IMG/VR virus record: IMGVR_UViG_3300020037_002148
Span: 14,988 to 78,987 of that record
DNA: 64,000 bases
Reading direction: 5' to 3' (one strand)
From: a virus
Lineage: Duplodnaviria > Caudoviricetes
Shown: piece after piece, positions 18,750-28,400 of the stretch
How positions within the stretch are numbered: position 1 is the first letter of the stretch
Layout: every line of letters begins with the position of its first letter
Made by a program: the position numbers and the translations under genes
Notes under the pieces: model-generated
Seen by the model: only the letters and a program-made list of their open reading frames with translations
What the model was told of the DNA's origin: nothing
The model's database searches: none

Positions 18750-19849
18750 TGGAAAATTTATTATCTAAAGAAGAATTTATTGTAGATTGTATTAATAAGT
18801 CAAATGGAGAAAGACAAGAAGTATATAAATGGTTAGTTGAAGAAAGAAATTACAGTAGTGCATATTATCTAAGAAATACTTATCCTGTTATAGTTTGTAA
18901 TTTATCAAGTGGTGATAGTAATTTTACTAGTTTATTAGATGCTCTTAATAATTATCCAAACTATCCAGTATATACATTTGAACAATTTAAAAATAAAATA
19001 AATCAAAAACAAGAATTTAAAGGAATGAAAAAAACAATGTTAGATGTCTTAGAAAAGACATATGAAAATCCAATACTTAGAAAAAGTACAGTGCCCTTAT
19101 TCATGTCAAATCCTGGAATTGGTAAAACAACTATCATTAGAGAATTTGCAGAAAGTAAGGGTGTAAAAATGCTTAAAATGACTCTTAGTCAAAGAATGCC
19201 TAATGAAGTAGTAGGTATGATGATGCCTAATATGAAATCAGGTAAACTTGAAGTATTTGATAGTTATGAACTATCATCTTTAAAAGATGGAGATATTTTA
19301 TTTATTGATGAAGTATTTAATGGTACTTTAAAACAAACTTTAGATGCTTTTTTAAATCTTTTAGAAGATAGAACTTTACCAAGTGGTAAAAAAATGGCTG
19401 ATATAATGATTGTAGGAGCTTCTAATCCACAAGGATTAATTAATCTCACACCTCAAATTAAAGAAAGATTTATTAGATATGATCCAAAATTCTCAAGAGA
19501 AGAGTATCAAGAATATCTTGGTTTAAAATATGGAATGCCTGAAAGTATATCACTTAATTTGTGTACATTAATTCGAAAAGAAAAATTTGAAGATGGTTGG
19601 AATTTTCATACACCAAGATCTATTGAAAAAGCAATTAATCAAATTGGTTGTGAATTAGAAAGTGCTCTTGATGAAGTTTTACTTCCATATTTAAAACAAG
19701 AAATACAACTTGAAAAAGACTATAAAGATTTAAATTATAAAAAAGGAGAAAATATAGAATATTTAACTATATTAAAACATTTTTGTAAAATATTTAATAA
19801 AAAATCTATAAGTACTTTAATTAAAACAGAGTTAGAAAATGCTCAATAA
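18749..19849 (+). CDS. MoxR-like AAA+ ATPase with an N-terminal extension
   Basis: Walker A SNPGIGKT, Walker B LFIDE, sensor GASN, RF finger, TPRS. Confidence 0.85.
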   Translation: MENLLSKEEFIVDCINKSNGERQEVYKWLVEERNYSSAYYLRNTYPVIVCNLSSGDSNFTSLLDALNNYPNYPVYTFEQFKNKINQKQEFKGMKKTMLDVLEKTYENPILRKSTVPLFMSNPGIGKTTIIREFAESKGVKMLKMTLSQRMPNEVVGMMMPNMKSGKLEVFDSYELSSLKDGDILFIDEVFNGTLKQTLDAFLNLLEDRTLPSGKKMADIMIVGASNPQGLINLTPQIKERFIRYDPKFSREEYQEYLGLKYGMPESISLNLCTLIRKEKFEDGWNFHTPRSIEKAINQIGCELESALDEVLLPYLKQEIQLEKDYKDLNYKKGENIEYLTILKHFCKIFNKKSISTLIKTELENAQ

Positions 19850-19859
19850 AAAATAAAAA

Positions 19860-20801
19860 ATGTTACAAAAAATAATATCAAAAAAAGTAGAATTACCTCC
19901 TATCTGGTTAGTTGAAAATGAAGCTGACTTTAATGAGTTACCTAAAGGATTACCTTATATAATAGGTAGTAAAAAAGAATTATCATTTATTACAATCTTT
20001 TTAGAGTTTCAACTTTTAATGAGATCTTGTAAAAAAACAAAATTATCAATTGATTGGTTATCTTGTTTAGAAAAATTAGGGTATAAAAGAATTAGAACTT
20101 ATAGTTTAAATTCAGGTGGTACTTTTGAAGGAGGTAATCCTGTAGATAATAGTCCTATACCATTAGATTCTTTTATAGAAGATCAATATTTAGTAGATTT
20201 TGATAAATTAACTGAATTGAAAATTTTACCTTCTTGGTTAGAAGATTTAAGAACTTCTATTGAAACTAATATAATTGATGAAGTGACTTTTAATCCAAGT
20301 AGTTTTAACAAACAATTAGGAATGAATATTGGAGGTGCTGATTTAAAGCACAACAAGAAAAATTTATTAATACTAGATGTATCAGGTAGTATTCCTGATG
20401 GAATTGTAAAAACAATTACAAATTTAGCAAAATTAATGTCTAAAAAGTTTTTTGCAGATGTAATTATTACAGGTGGTCAATCATATATTGTAAATTATGA
20501 AGATGTACAAAATTCAGATTTCGTTGCACTAGCTGCAAAAGCAGGTAGAAATAATGAAGGTGAAATGTTTAAAAAAATCTTAAATGAAATTAAAGATTAT
20601 AATAGTGTAATTTGTTTTGGTGATGATGATAATCCTGGTAGATTTGACAAATCAAGTCAAAATATTAAATGTAATTTCACTTGTGAAACTCTTTATTCAT
20701 TACATACAAGTAGCTCATCATCATTAGCAGGTTATTGTAGAGAATTAAAACCTACAAAATCAACAATCCATGTAAAAGATTGGGTTACTACTATTAAATA
20801 G
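19860..20801 (+). CDS. vWA-domain protein, partner of the MoxR ATPase
   Basis: MIDAS LILDVSGSI, later FGDDD; adjacent to MoxR. Confidence 0.7.
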   Translation: MLQKIISKKVELPPIWLVENEADFNELPKGLPYIIGSKKELSFITIFLEFQLLMRSCKKTKLSIDWLSCLEKLGYKRIRTYSLNSGGTFEGGNPVDNSPIPLDSFIEDQYLVDFDKLTELKILPSWLEDLRTSIETNIIDEVTFNPSSFNKQLGMNIGGADLKHNKKNLLILDVSGSIPDGIVKTITNLAKLMSKKFFADVIITGGQSYIVNYEDVQNSDFVALAAKAGRNNEGEMFKKILNEIKDYNSVICFGDDDNPGRFDKSSQNIKCNFTCETLYSLHTSSSSSLAGYCRELKPTKSTIHVKDWVTTIK

Positions 20802-20843
20802 AAACACAAAAACCCTATTAATTAATTAAAATAAATAAATAAA

Positions 20844-21335
20844 ATGAACGAATTTTTGAAATCAAGTGAGCTGTCACTTAATCCAGCAAATTACTTAGTA
20901 AGTACAAAAACAGACAAACCAGTAACACATGTAGCTTTTGTAGAACAACAAAAACGTGCTCATTATGTTGTAAAATTATCAGCAGCATTAGAAGGTAAAA
21001 ACTTTAAAGCATGTAAAGTAGATGATTTAGATGCTATTGTAAAAGCAGTACAAGCAGAAATTGATGCTACAGATGTGAAAAATTATGTTACAGCACCAAG
21101 TAAACCTACAAGTGCTGTACAAGAAGAATTAGTAAAATTTGCTCTTGACTTTGCTTCTTATGGAGAAGATAAAGCAAAAGCTGATAGAATTAATACTTTT
21201 ATGCAATCATTTAATGCAATTAGTGGTGTCGAAGAAGTAGGTGATTATTTTTCTGAAGGTTTAGTTAAATTGAATAAAATTTATACTATTTCTGAAGTAT
21301 TGGAAGCAGTGAAAATTAACATCGACAAATTGTAA
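20844..21335 (+). CDS. hypothetical protein
   Basis: 163-aa ORF with strong A-rich start context. Confidence 0.65.
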   Translation: MNEFLKSSELSLNPANYLVSTKTDKPVTHVAFVEQQKRAHYVVKLSAALEGKNFKACKVDDLDAIVKAVQAEIDATDVKNYVTAPSKPTSAVQEELVKFALDFASYGEDKAKADRINTFMQSFNAISGVEEVGDYFSEGLVKLNKIYTISEVLEAVKINIDKL

Positions 21336-21339
21336 GAAT

Positions 21340-21659
21340 AAATTAGACTCTAACTAAGAATAACCGAGATAACTTAGTGAATGGATAGACAAGCTCTGTT
21401 GCTGGTAAAACCGTTAAACAATCTTCTCAGATTTTGCAACACTCTCCAAGAGTCTAATTTTTAATAACAGGTGTCTAATTTCGGCAGTAGATTAAATGTT
21501 GTGTCAACAACAGCCTGTTTAATTTTTAAATTAAATAAAAATACCTGCCAACAGGTTTATAAAAAAGGATCTTCGCAACCGAGAATATCTATAATTGATG
21601 AAAAGCATGTATATAAGCGAGGTTAGAAACTCTCATGCATAAAATAGAGTGATATAGAT
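21340..21659 (+). ncRNA. candidate cluster of structured RNAs
   Basis: 350-nt ORF-free gap with nested inverted repeats (AAATTAGACTCT 21340-21351 / AGAGTCTAATTT 21449-21460; AACAGG/CCTGTT; ATCTATA/TATAGAT). Strand assumed from flanking genes. Confidence 0.45.
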
Positions 21660-21685
21660 TAAATTTTTTATTTTAAAATTAAACA

Positions 21686-22423
21686 ATGAAAGAACAAATA
21701 GATAATGCAATAGAACTATTAAAAAAACAAGATGTAAATGGATGTATAACAGGTTCAGTGTTATTAGATTACTTTGAAGGAGCAGATATAGATTTATTTA
21801 TGTATGATAAAAGTAGTTTTAATAAATTACTATTTTTCATGCATTATAATCCAATGTTTACAATACTTGATCCATTAGAATTACATAAATTCAATGAATA
21901 TATAAATGATGATAAATCTTCATTAGAATCTATAGGACTTATAACTATAAAATTTAAATACAATCTCTGCATTGATGTAAATGTTGTATTTAAGAAATTT
22001 CATAAAAATATATTTGATGTACTTTCTAACTTCGATTTAGATATTATTGCAAATGGTTATGATATTAAAAGTAAACAATATTTAATATTAAGAGAATCAA
22101 AAGGTTTAATTGGTACATGGAATAAATGGAACACATCTTACTATAAATCAGATTTATGGTCTTGTAAAAGACTTTTAAGACAATTTTCAAGAGTAGTTAA
22201 ATATACAGAGAGAGGATATAATCTTGATGAAGTTACAGATAAATATATTTCTTTAATTGAAGATATTCTAGCTAAAGATAATGTTTATAAATCAGAGAAA
22301 GGAACTTTATTTTATGATAAAACTCAGAAAGAATTTGAGATAGTATTAAAAATACTTCAACTTTGGAAGAAAGATAAAGTGATGAGTAAAGAAAATTTAT
22401 TGGTAATGCAAACACTTATATAA
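21686..22423 (+). CDS. Pol-beta-superfamily nucleotidyltransferase (CCA/poly(A)-head-like)
   Basis: ITGS...ADIDLF (G-S...DxD) and FDLDII. Confidence 0.65.
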   Translation: MKEQIDNAIELLKKQDVNGCITGSVLLDYFEGADIDLFMYDKSSFNKLLFFMHYNPMFTILDPLELHKFNEYINDDKSSLESIGLITIKFKYNLCIDVNVVFKKFHKNIFDVLSNFDLDIIANGYDIKSKQYLILRESKGLIGTWNKWNTSYYKSDLWSCKRLLRQFSRVVKYTERGYNLDEVTDKYISLIEDILAKDNVYKSEKGTLFYDKTQKEFEIVLKILQLWKKDKVMSKENLLVMQTLI

Positions 22424-22424
22424 T

Positions 22425-22766
22425 ATGTTTAAACAAGGAGACTATATAGTTGTTTTAAAAGACTCTTCTCCTGAAAATAATTGGAAGAATTTTGTTATAA
22501 AACAAATAAAAAATTATAATGAAATTATGCCTGTAGTAACTCCATTAGGTAGAGATAATTCAGATTGTGATCAAAGTTATTCTTATTTTACTGAAAAAAA
22601 TAATGTTTGGAGATATGCAAATGAAGAAGAGATAGAATATTATAATCAGATAAATAAACCATTTGACACTTCTAAATTTGAAAAATTTAAAGAACATGTT
22701 TTAAAACAAAGTCCTGTTAAACATAAATATCTAACAGAATTATTAGAAAAGTTAAAAGTTGAATAA
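22425..22766 (+). CDS. small accessory protein with shared C-terminal tag
   Basis: Ends KYLTELLEKLKVE. Confidence 0.6.
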   Translation: MFKQGDYIVVLKDSSPENNWKNFVIKQIKNYNEIMPVVTPLGRDNSDCDQSYSYFTEKNNVWRYANEEEIEYYNQINKPFDTSKFEKFKEHVLKQSPVKHKYLTELLEKLKVE

Positions 22767-23050
22767 TGAAATTTATAATAGGTAGGTGGTATAAAATAAG
22801 TAGTAGTATTACATATATTAAATTTGAAAAAATTGAAAATGGGATATTTGTAGCTTCTGATGATATATTATTGGGTAAATATGATGGTACAGGTGGTAAT
22901 TATGGAATTATAACTCGGAATACTTATGAATTATTAGAAGATTTGTCAGAAATTCAAAAATATTTACCTAAAGATCATCCTGATATTCTCCCTATAAAAG
23001 AAGATATAGATTATCTTACACAAACTTTAAAAAGATATGGAATTAGATGA
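22766..23050 (+). CDS. small accessory protein with shared C-terminal tag
   Basis: Ends DYLTQTLKRYGIR. Confidence 0.6.
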   Translation: MKFIIGRWYKISSSITYIKFEKIENGIFVASDDILLGKYDGTGGNYGIITRNTYELLEDLSEIQKYLPKDHPDILPIKEDIDYLTQTLKRYGIR

Positions 23051-23336
23051 GTTATTGAGAAAAGCTAGAATACGTTATCCTGTAGGTACTAAGTTTAAAA
23101 TAGTACATATGCCTAAACATATAGTGGAAGTTAAAAATCATGATCCATATCCTGTCCATGATGAAAATTATATTAATTTCTATATTAATAAACCTCTACT
23201 TGATTGTGAAGGTGCTTGTGTGTATCAATATGGTAAATGGGCTGAAATAATTTCATTACCTGAGACAAAGACTGTAAAAGTAAATAAAAAAGATAATTAT
23301 ATAATTAATCTTTTTAAAAAATTAAAAATAAAATAA
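23037..23336 (+). CDS. small accessory protein (RYPxGT...GKWAEII family) with shared C-terminal tag
   Basis: Paralogous to 24826-25116; ends NYIINLFKKLKIK. Confidence 0.65.
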   Translation: MELDELLRKARIRYPVGTKFKIVHMPKHIVEVKNHDPYPVHDENYINFYINKPLLDCEGACVYQYGKWAEIISLPETKTVKVNKKDNYIINLFKKLKIK

Positions 23337-23340
23337 ATAA

Positions 23341-23526
23341 ATGGGAACAGAAATGGAGGCATTATTAGCCGAACTTCGTGGATTAAAAAATAATGCTAGT
23401 ACAATACAAAATACTAGAGATATTTGGGAAAAAATAGGTAATAAAGATTGGGCTGGTGCAGGTTTCAAGGATGAAGCAGAAGCATTAGAATGGTTAGAAA
23501 AAAATGCTTACGAAAATCTTGCTTAA
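23341..23526 (+). CDS. hypothetical protein
   Basis: 61-aa ORF. Confidence 0.55.
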   Translation: MGTEMEALLAELRGLKNNASTIQNTRDIWEKIGNKDWAGAGFKDEAEALEWLEKNAYENLA

Positions 23527-23544
23527 TAAATTAAAATAAATAAA

Positions 23545-23808
23545 ATGGAAAATAAAATAAGACAATTTATTCAAGATAATGATTTATCTTTTGAACCTGG
23601 AAACAGAAATTTTACAATGATCACACTCATTGGTTATTCACAATTCTTAGAACTTTCTAAAGAAGATTTAGAAAAAGAACTTCAAGAAGAAATTGATGAA
23701 GATAGTGTAATTCAAGAGGAAATTGACAGACTTTGGAGTTATGCAAGTTCTAATAATTATGCTAAATATTGGAAAACAACACAAGCTAAAAAAGATTGGG
23801 AATTTTAA
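23545..23808 (+). CDS. PriCT-like (primase C-terminal) helical domain protein
   Basis: FEPGNRNFTMITLIGY resembles the G.RN motif of PriCT-1. Confidence 0.4.
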   Translation: MENKIRQFIQDNDLSFEPGNRNFTMITLIGYSQFLELSKEDLEKELQEEIDEDSVIQEEIDRLWSYASSNNYAKYWKTTQAKKDWEF

Positions 23809-23818
23809 TTTAAAACAA

Positions 23819-24106
23819 ATGAATAGTACAATTTATATCATCAGTAAATATTCTGAAAATCAATGGTTAGAAAAAGATGGTAAATGGTATAAATATTTTG
23901 TAATAGATATTGATGATATAAATCTAGCTGTAAAGGAATATTGTAAAGATTTAGAATATATTTTAAAAGAAAATTCTATTAATTGGGATAAAAATAAAAT
24001 GGAAATTACTTGGAATTATTTTCAAACTTGGGATGTTAAAAAAGAATATGAAGAAAATGATTATTTTAATATACAAGAAATTAAACACATTAAAAAATTA
24101 ATATGA
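23819..24106 (+). CDS. hypothetical protein
   Basis: ATG 23819 removes the overlap implied by the 23723 start. Confidence 0.5.
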   Translation: MNSTIYIISKYSENQWLEKDGKWYKYFVIDIDDINLAVKEYCKDLEYILKENSINWDKNKMEITWNYFQTWDVKKEYEENDYFNIQEIKHIKKLI

Positions 24107-24573
24107 AATCATTTTTATTATATAAAAATTCTCCAACTGTTAAATGGGGATTAATACCAGATGGATTATTCTATGAAGGTGTTGTACCAGAAGGATATGA
24201 CTTAGCAGTATGTCCTTCAGAAAATATTGTCATATTAGATGTAGATGAAAAAAATGGTAAATCAGGTCATAGTCATATTCCAATACATATTTTAAATCAA
24301 TTAAAAACCACTTATAATTATAAAACTAAATCAGGAGGATCTCATTATTGGTTACATTACACAGGTAATAAAGTATTACTTAATAGAGCAACAAAATTTG
24401 GCTTAGATTTAAGAGTAGGTAAAAATAAATTAACTGGTAATAATGGTGGATATGTTAAATATCCACCAACTAATAAAGATATACGAGAATGTGTCCATCT
24501 TATAAAAGAAAGCGATACATTATTAAATCATTTTTTAGAAAATCTTTTTAGTAATGATAGAGAAATTACCTAA
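24103..24573 (+). CDS. stand-alone bifunctional primase-polymerase (Prim-Pol) catalytic domain
   Basis: AEP motifs ILDVD, KTKSGGSHYW, LDLR, GGYVKYPP. Confidence 0.75.
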   Translation: MKSFLLYKNSPTVKWGLIPDGLFYEGVVPEGYDLAVCPSENIVILDVDEKNGKSGHSHIPIHILNQLKTTYNYKTKSGGSHYWLHYTGNKVLLNRATKFGLDLRVGKNKLTGNNGGYVKYPPTNKDIRECVHLIKESDTLLNHFLENLFSNDREIT

Positions 24574-24829
24574 ACAATGGTGTATTAAAGTAGAGGAAGA
24601 TAATACACCAATTGAAGTATTAAAATGGAGAATATATGATAAAGATAGACGTGGTTCTGGAATATGGAATTGTAATGGATGGATAGATAATACTGGGTAT
24701 TGTAGTAGTTATTTACCTTTAGATTGTGATGAAATCTCATTAAATGATTTCAAAAGATTAGTATTAAATCAACCACCTGATAACTATAATTATTTAATAA
24801 CCCTATTAAAAAATTTAAATATAAAATGA
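24554..24829 (+). CDS. small accessory protein (LPxxW family) with shared C-terminal tag
   Basis: Starts KLPKQWCI; ends NYLITLLKNLNIK. Confidence 0.65.
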   Translation: MIEKLPKQWCIKVEEDNTPIEVLKWRIYDKDRRGSGIWNCNGWIDNTGYCSSYLPLDCDEISLNDFKRLVLNQPPDNYNYLITLLKNLNIK

Positions 24830-25116
24830 ATTTAGAATTATTAGAAGAAGCTAAAAAACGTTATCCTATAGGTACTATATTTATTTCTCCTCAAAATAGA
24901 CGACAATATACTGTTACTTTATATAAAAATGTAGATGAAAGTTATTATTTAACTGATCATGATACAGAAGCATTAGCTACAATTAATTCATCAGGTACAG
25001 GTGATTTTTTATATTATAATGGTAAATGGGCTGAAATTATTTTATTACCTATTATAAATACGAATGAAAACTACAACTATTTAATTAAACTTCTTAAAAG
25101 ATTGAATATAAAATGA
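24826..25116 (+). CDS. small accessory protein (RYPxGT...GKWAEII family) with shared C-terminal tag
   Basis: Ends NYLIKLLKRLNIK. Confidence 0.65.
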   Translation: MNLELLEEAKKRYPIGTIFISPQNRRQYTVTLYKNVDESYYLTDHDTEALATINSSGTGDFLYYNGKWAEIILLPIINTNENYNYLIKLLKRLNIK

Positions 25117-25385
25117 AAGAACTTCCAGAAGTATGGTATTTAGAATTTAAAACAATAGAACAATTTAATGAATTATGTTTACTATATAAACCTAATTATA
25201 GTTTTTATGAAAGTATTGGTATAACTAATAAGAACACGGGTACAAAATTAGGAAATTATTATTATAAAGAACTTAATGTAAAATATGGAGAAGAAATAAC
25301 ATATGAACAATTTAAACAATTTACAACTAAGAAAATTGATATTAGTTATTTAAAGAATTTGTTTAAGAAATTAAATATAAGATAA
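25113..25385 (+). CDS. small accessory protein (LPxxW family) with shared C-terminal tag
   Basis: Starts ELPEVWYL; ends SYLKNLFKKLNIR. Confidence 0.65.
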   Translation: MKELPEVWYLEFKTIEQFNELCLLYKPNYSFYESIGITNKNTGTKLGNYYYKELNVKYGEEITYEQFKQFTTKKIDISYLKNLFKKLNIR

Positions 25386-25426
25386 AAGCGGGAATAGTTA
25401 ATAAAAACTACCCCGCTTTCTCTTTT
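25385..25426. terminator. putative bidirectional terminator between the convergent arms
   Basis: AAAGCGGG 25385-25392 / CCCGCTTT 25412-25419, GC-rich stem with A and T flanks at the strand switch. Confidence 0.65.
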
Positions 25427-25464
25427 AATTTTATAACACTCTTATAATGTCTGTTAAGACTTTA

Positions 25465-28400
25465 TTATTTATTCTGTTGCATTTGAAGAGATTTAATACT
25501 TTCTCCTAAATCCATTTTAGAAGGTGAAGCACCAAATAACTTTAAGAATTTAGCCATTATTTTACTATCACCTTTTTCATAGTAACCTGTAGCTTTCTCA
25601 TATCTTTCTACATCTCCAGTAAGTGCTAAATTGAAAAAATCTTGTGGAACTTGTTCAAGAAAAGATACAGTTTTAGTTACATAACCATACATTACTGAAG
25701 GAGTTGATAAATTTCTTTTAATATCTCCTATATCCGGTAATCCTTTTCTATTAATATCTCCTAATTGACCAAAAGCAGATAACTCTGCATTTAATCTCAT
25801 CATAGGTGCTAATAACATAGCTATTCTAGCTTTTTCATCATCATCTCCAGCAGCTTTCATCATACCTGTTAATCCTGCAATTAAAATACTTGTCATTAAT
25901 ATAAAAGCCATATCCATAGCATTTCTTCTAAGATTTGCTAATTCTTTAGGTGTAAGAGTAGAAGTATCTGTTTTTAAAACACTATTTAATATCCCGTCTT
26001 TTGAAGTATGGAAGCCAAATCCTACTTTAACCATCTCTTTAAATTCTTCTCTCATTAATCTGTAGAAAGTTCTATTATAACCTTCAGTAATATCCATTAC
26101 TCTGAAATTCTTTCTTTCTCCTCTCCATCTTTTAGCAATTGAATTAGCCATAAAATTTCTCATAAATTTAATTACTCTGCTATACCAAAATTTATTAGCC
26201 ATTGGTGCAGTCATTTTAGAATAGTTACCGTGAGTACTTTGCAGTACATAATTTAATTTATTTTTAAATGTATTTGAAAGTAACCCATTTGAAGTTGTAG
26301 AACCTAATTGAGATAAAATATTATTTTTAATTTCTATTTTTTTAGTTTCAGGATTCCAAGCATTTTTATATACTTCATATAAATTAGTATCACTACCATG
26401 CTCATCTTTTAATTTAGTTGTCTTCATTAATGCTAACATCATAGTTAATTGTACATTATGTTCTCCTAAACTTTGTAAAAACATTAAAGGTGAAGAATTC
26501 ATTAAAATTCTAGCTTTAGATTTAGAAATCTTTCTACCAAATTTATCTTTAAATTCACCCATAAAAGGATCTACAATTTCTATTAATTGACCTATAAAAG
26601 TTTCAGGTATAGGATCTACAACATCTTTAATAAAATCATTAGAGAAAGAAGCATATTCTTTATTAGCCCATGCAAGTGTAGCTTTATCAACAAATTGTTG
26701 AGCATGAGATTCAATCATATTTTGAGCACCTCCTTGTAAATAATTGGCTACATTTGAAAATAATCCAAAAGGTAATCCCATACTTGTATTTGCAATTACT
26801 CCTGAAAGAGTATCTACAAGAGAATGTAAATCAGTTTCTCCTAAAACAGGTATGTTAACCATTGATTTTTCTCTACTAATTCCATAAATAGCATGATCTA
26901 TATAATATTTAAAAAATGCTTCAACATTACTTTCAGATGAATCTACATAAGCATCTAATCCTGGAAGATTTAATTCTTCTGCAAATTTCTTTAATACTAA
27001 TTTACCTTTAGAATCTGTTTTCTTAGGTTTGTTTGTAGCAATAGCAATTTGAAGAGCTGACATTAAAGGTTCTAATTTAACTCTTGATTCATATTGTAGA
27101 GCTTCTTTAGCAAATAATAATGTAGATTGAGCTAAATCTAAAGAAACATCTTCCAATGCTATTTTAGATGTGTACATAGTAGGTATAACTTTTAAACCAC
27201 TTTCAGTAGTTTCACCATACTGCATTTTTGTATCACTTCCTACTTCATTAAATGCTCTATCCCATTTATCTTTAACAAATTTACCAATTCCATCCTGTGA
27301 TTTTTCTAATCCTACTTTATTATTATAAGGTAAAATATACTTTTCTTCTTGAGATAATTGTTGAGGAAGCAATTGTCTGGATTTATGTGCTTGAGATATA
27401 AGCATATTATAGAAATTTAATTTTGGTATATCACCTCCATTTTGAATAGCAGTCCATTTATCATTAATGAATTTATCATTAGGTTCTCTTAATTCTTTAC
27501 CTTCTTTAGTATCATTTCTAACTTCAATTATATTACCATATTTATCCATTTTAAAAGAAGCAATTTTCCAATCATTAAATTGTTTTTCAGAAATCAATTT
27601 ATTTTCAACATCTTTCATTTTATCTTTTATAACAGATAAATAACCTTGTTTGATTACAACACCATTAATTACTTCATCTTTAGCTGCAATAGGTTTTGTA
27701 TTTTGAGAATACCAATCATTTAATTTCTTCCAATATTCATTTCTATCTTCAATGTTTTTAATTGATTCTTGAAATTCTTTTTTCTCTTTATTGAATTTAG
27801 TAATATCTGTTTTTTGAACATAAGCTACTTCTTGTCTTTCAATAAATTCTTTTGAAACTGGATCAAAATAACCAAGTGTAATAATTTCAAATAATCCATC
27901 ATTAAATTCTTTAGGATTATTTCTAATACCTTCTCTTGTTCTTGCATATTCTTTATATACAGGTAAAAATTCTTCCTGCAACTCCATTAAATGCTGACGT
28001 AACTCATTGTCATTATTATCAATAATTTGACTTGCTCCTGCTACAAATACATTAGGAGCATCTTGAGGAGCCATTAACCACATTTGAGCAAAAGAAATAT
28101 CTTCATCCATACCATCTTTTAATTGACGAGTAATATCTTCTTCAGTAGTAGTTAATGTTCTTGTTTTAATCTTGATTTTATCTTTTAGATTTCCAATTTT
28201 CTTTTCTAGTTTTTTACTCTTATTATTACCAACCCCACCTGTCTTTTTATTTATCTCCAATAACTCTATTTGAGCTTCATTTATTTCATTCTGAATTTTA
28301 TCTATTTTCTTTTGGAAGTCTTTAGTAAATTCTTCATTATCTGTAAATTGTTTAAAATTCTCAACCATAAAAGGAGTAATAGTTCTTTTATATTGATTAT

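Noticed and set aside
21336-21685. tRNA gene or hammerhead ribozyme in the gap
   Set aside because: No GTTCRA T-loop or cloverleaf of the right size; TTGATGA...GAAA lacks the required stem II geometry.
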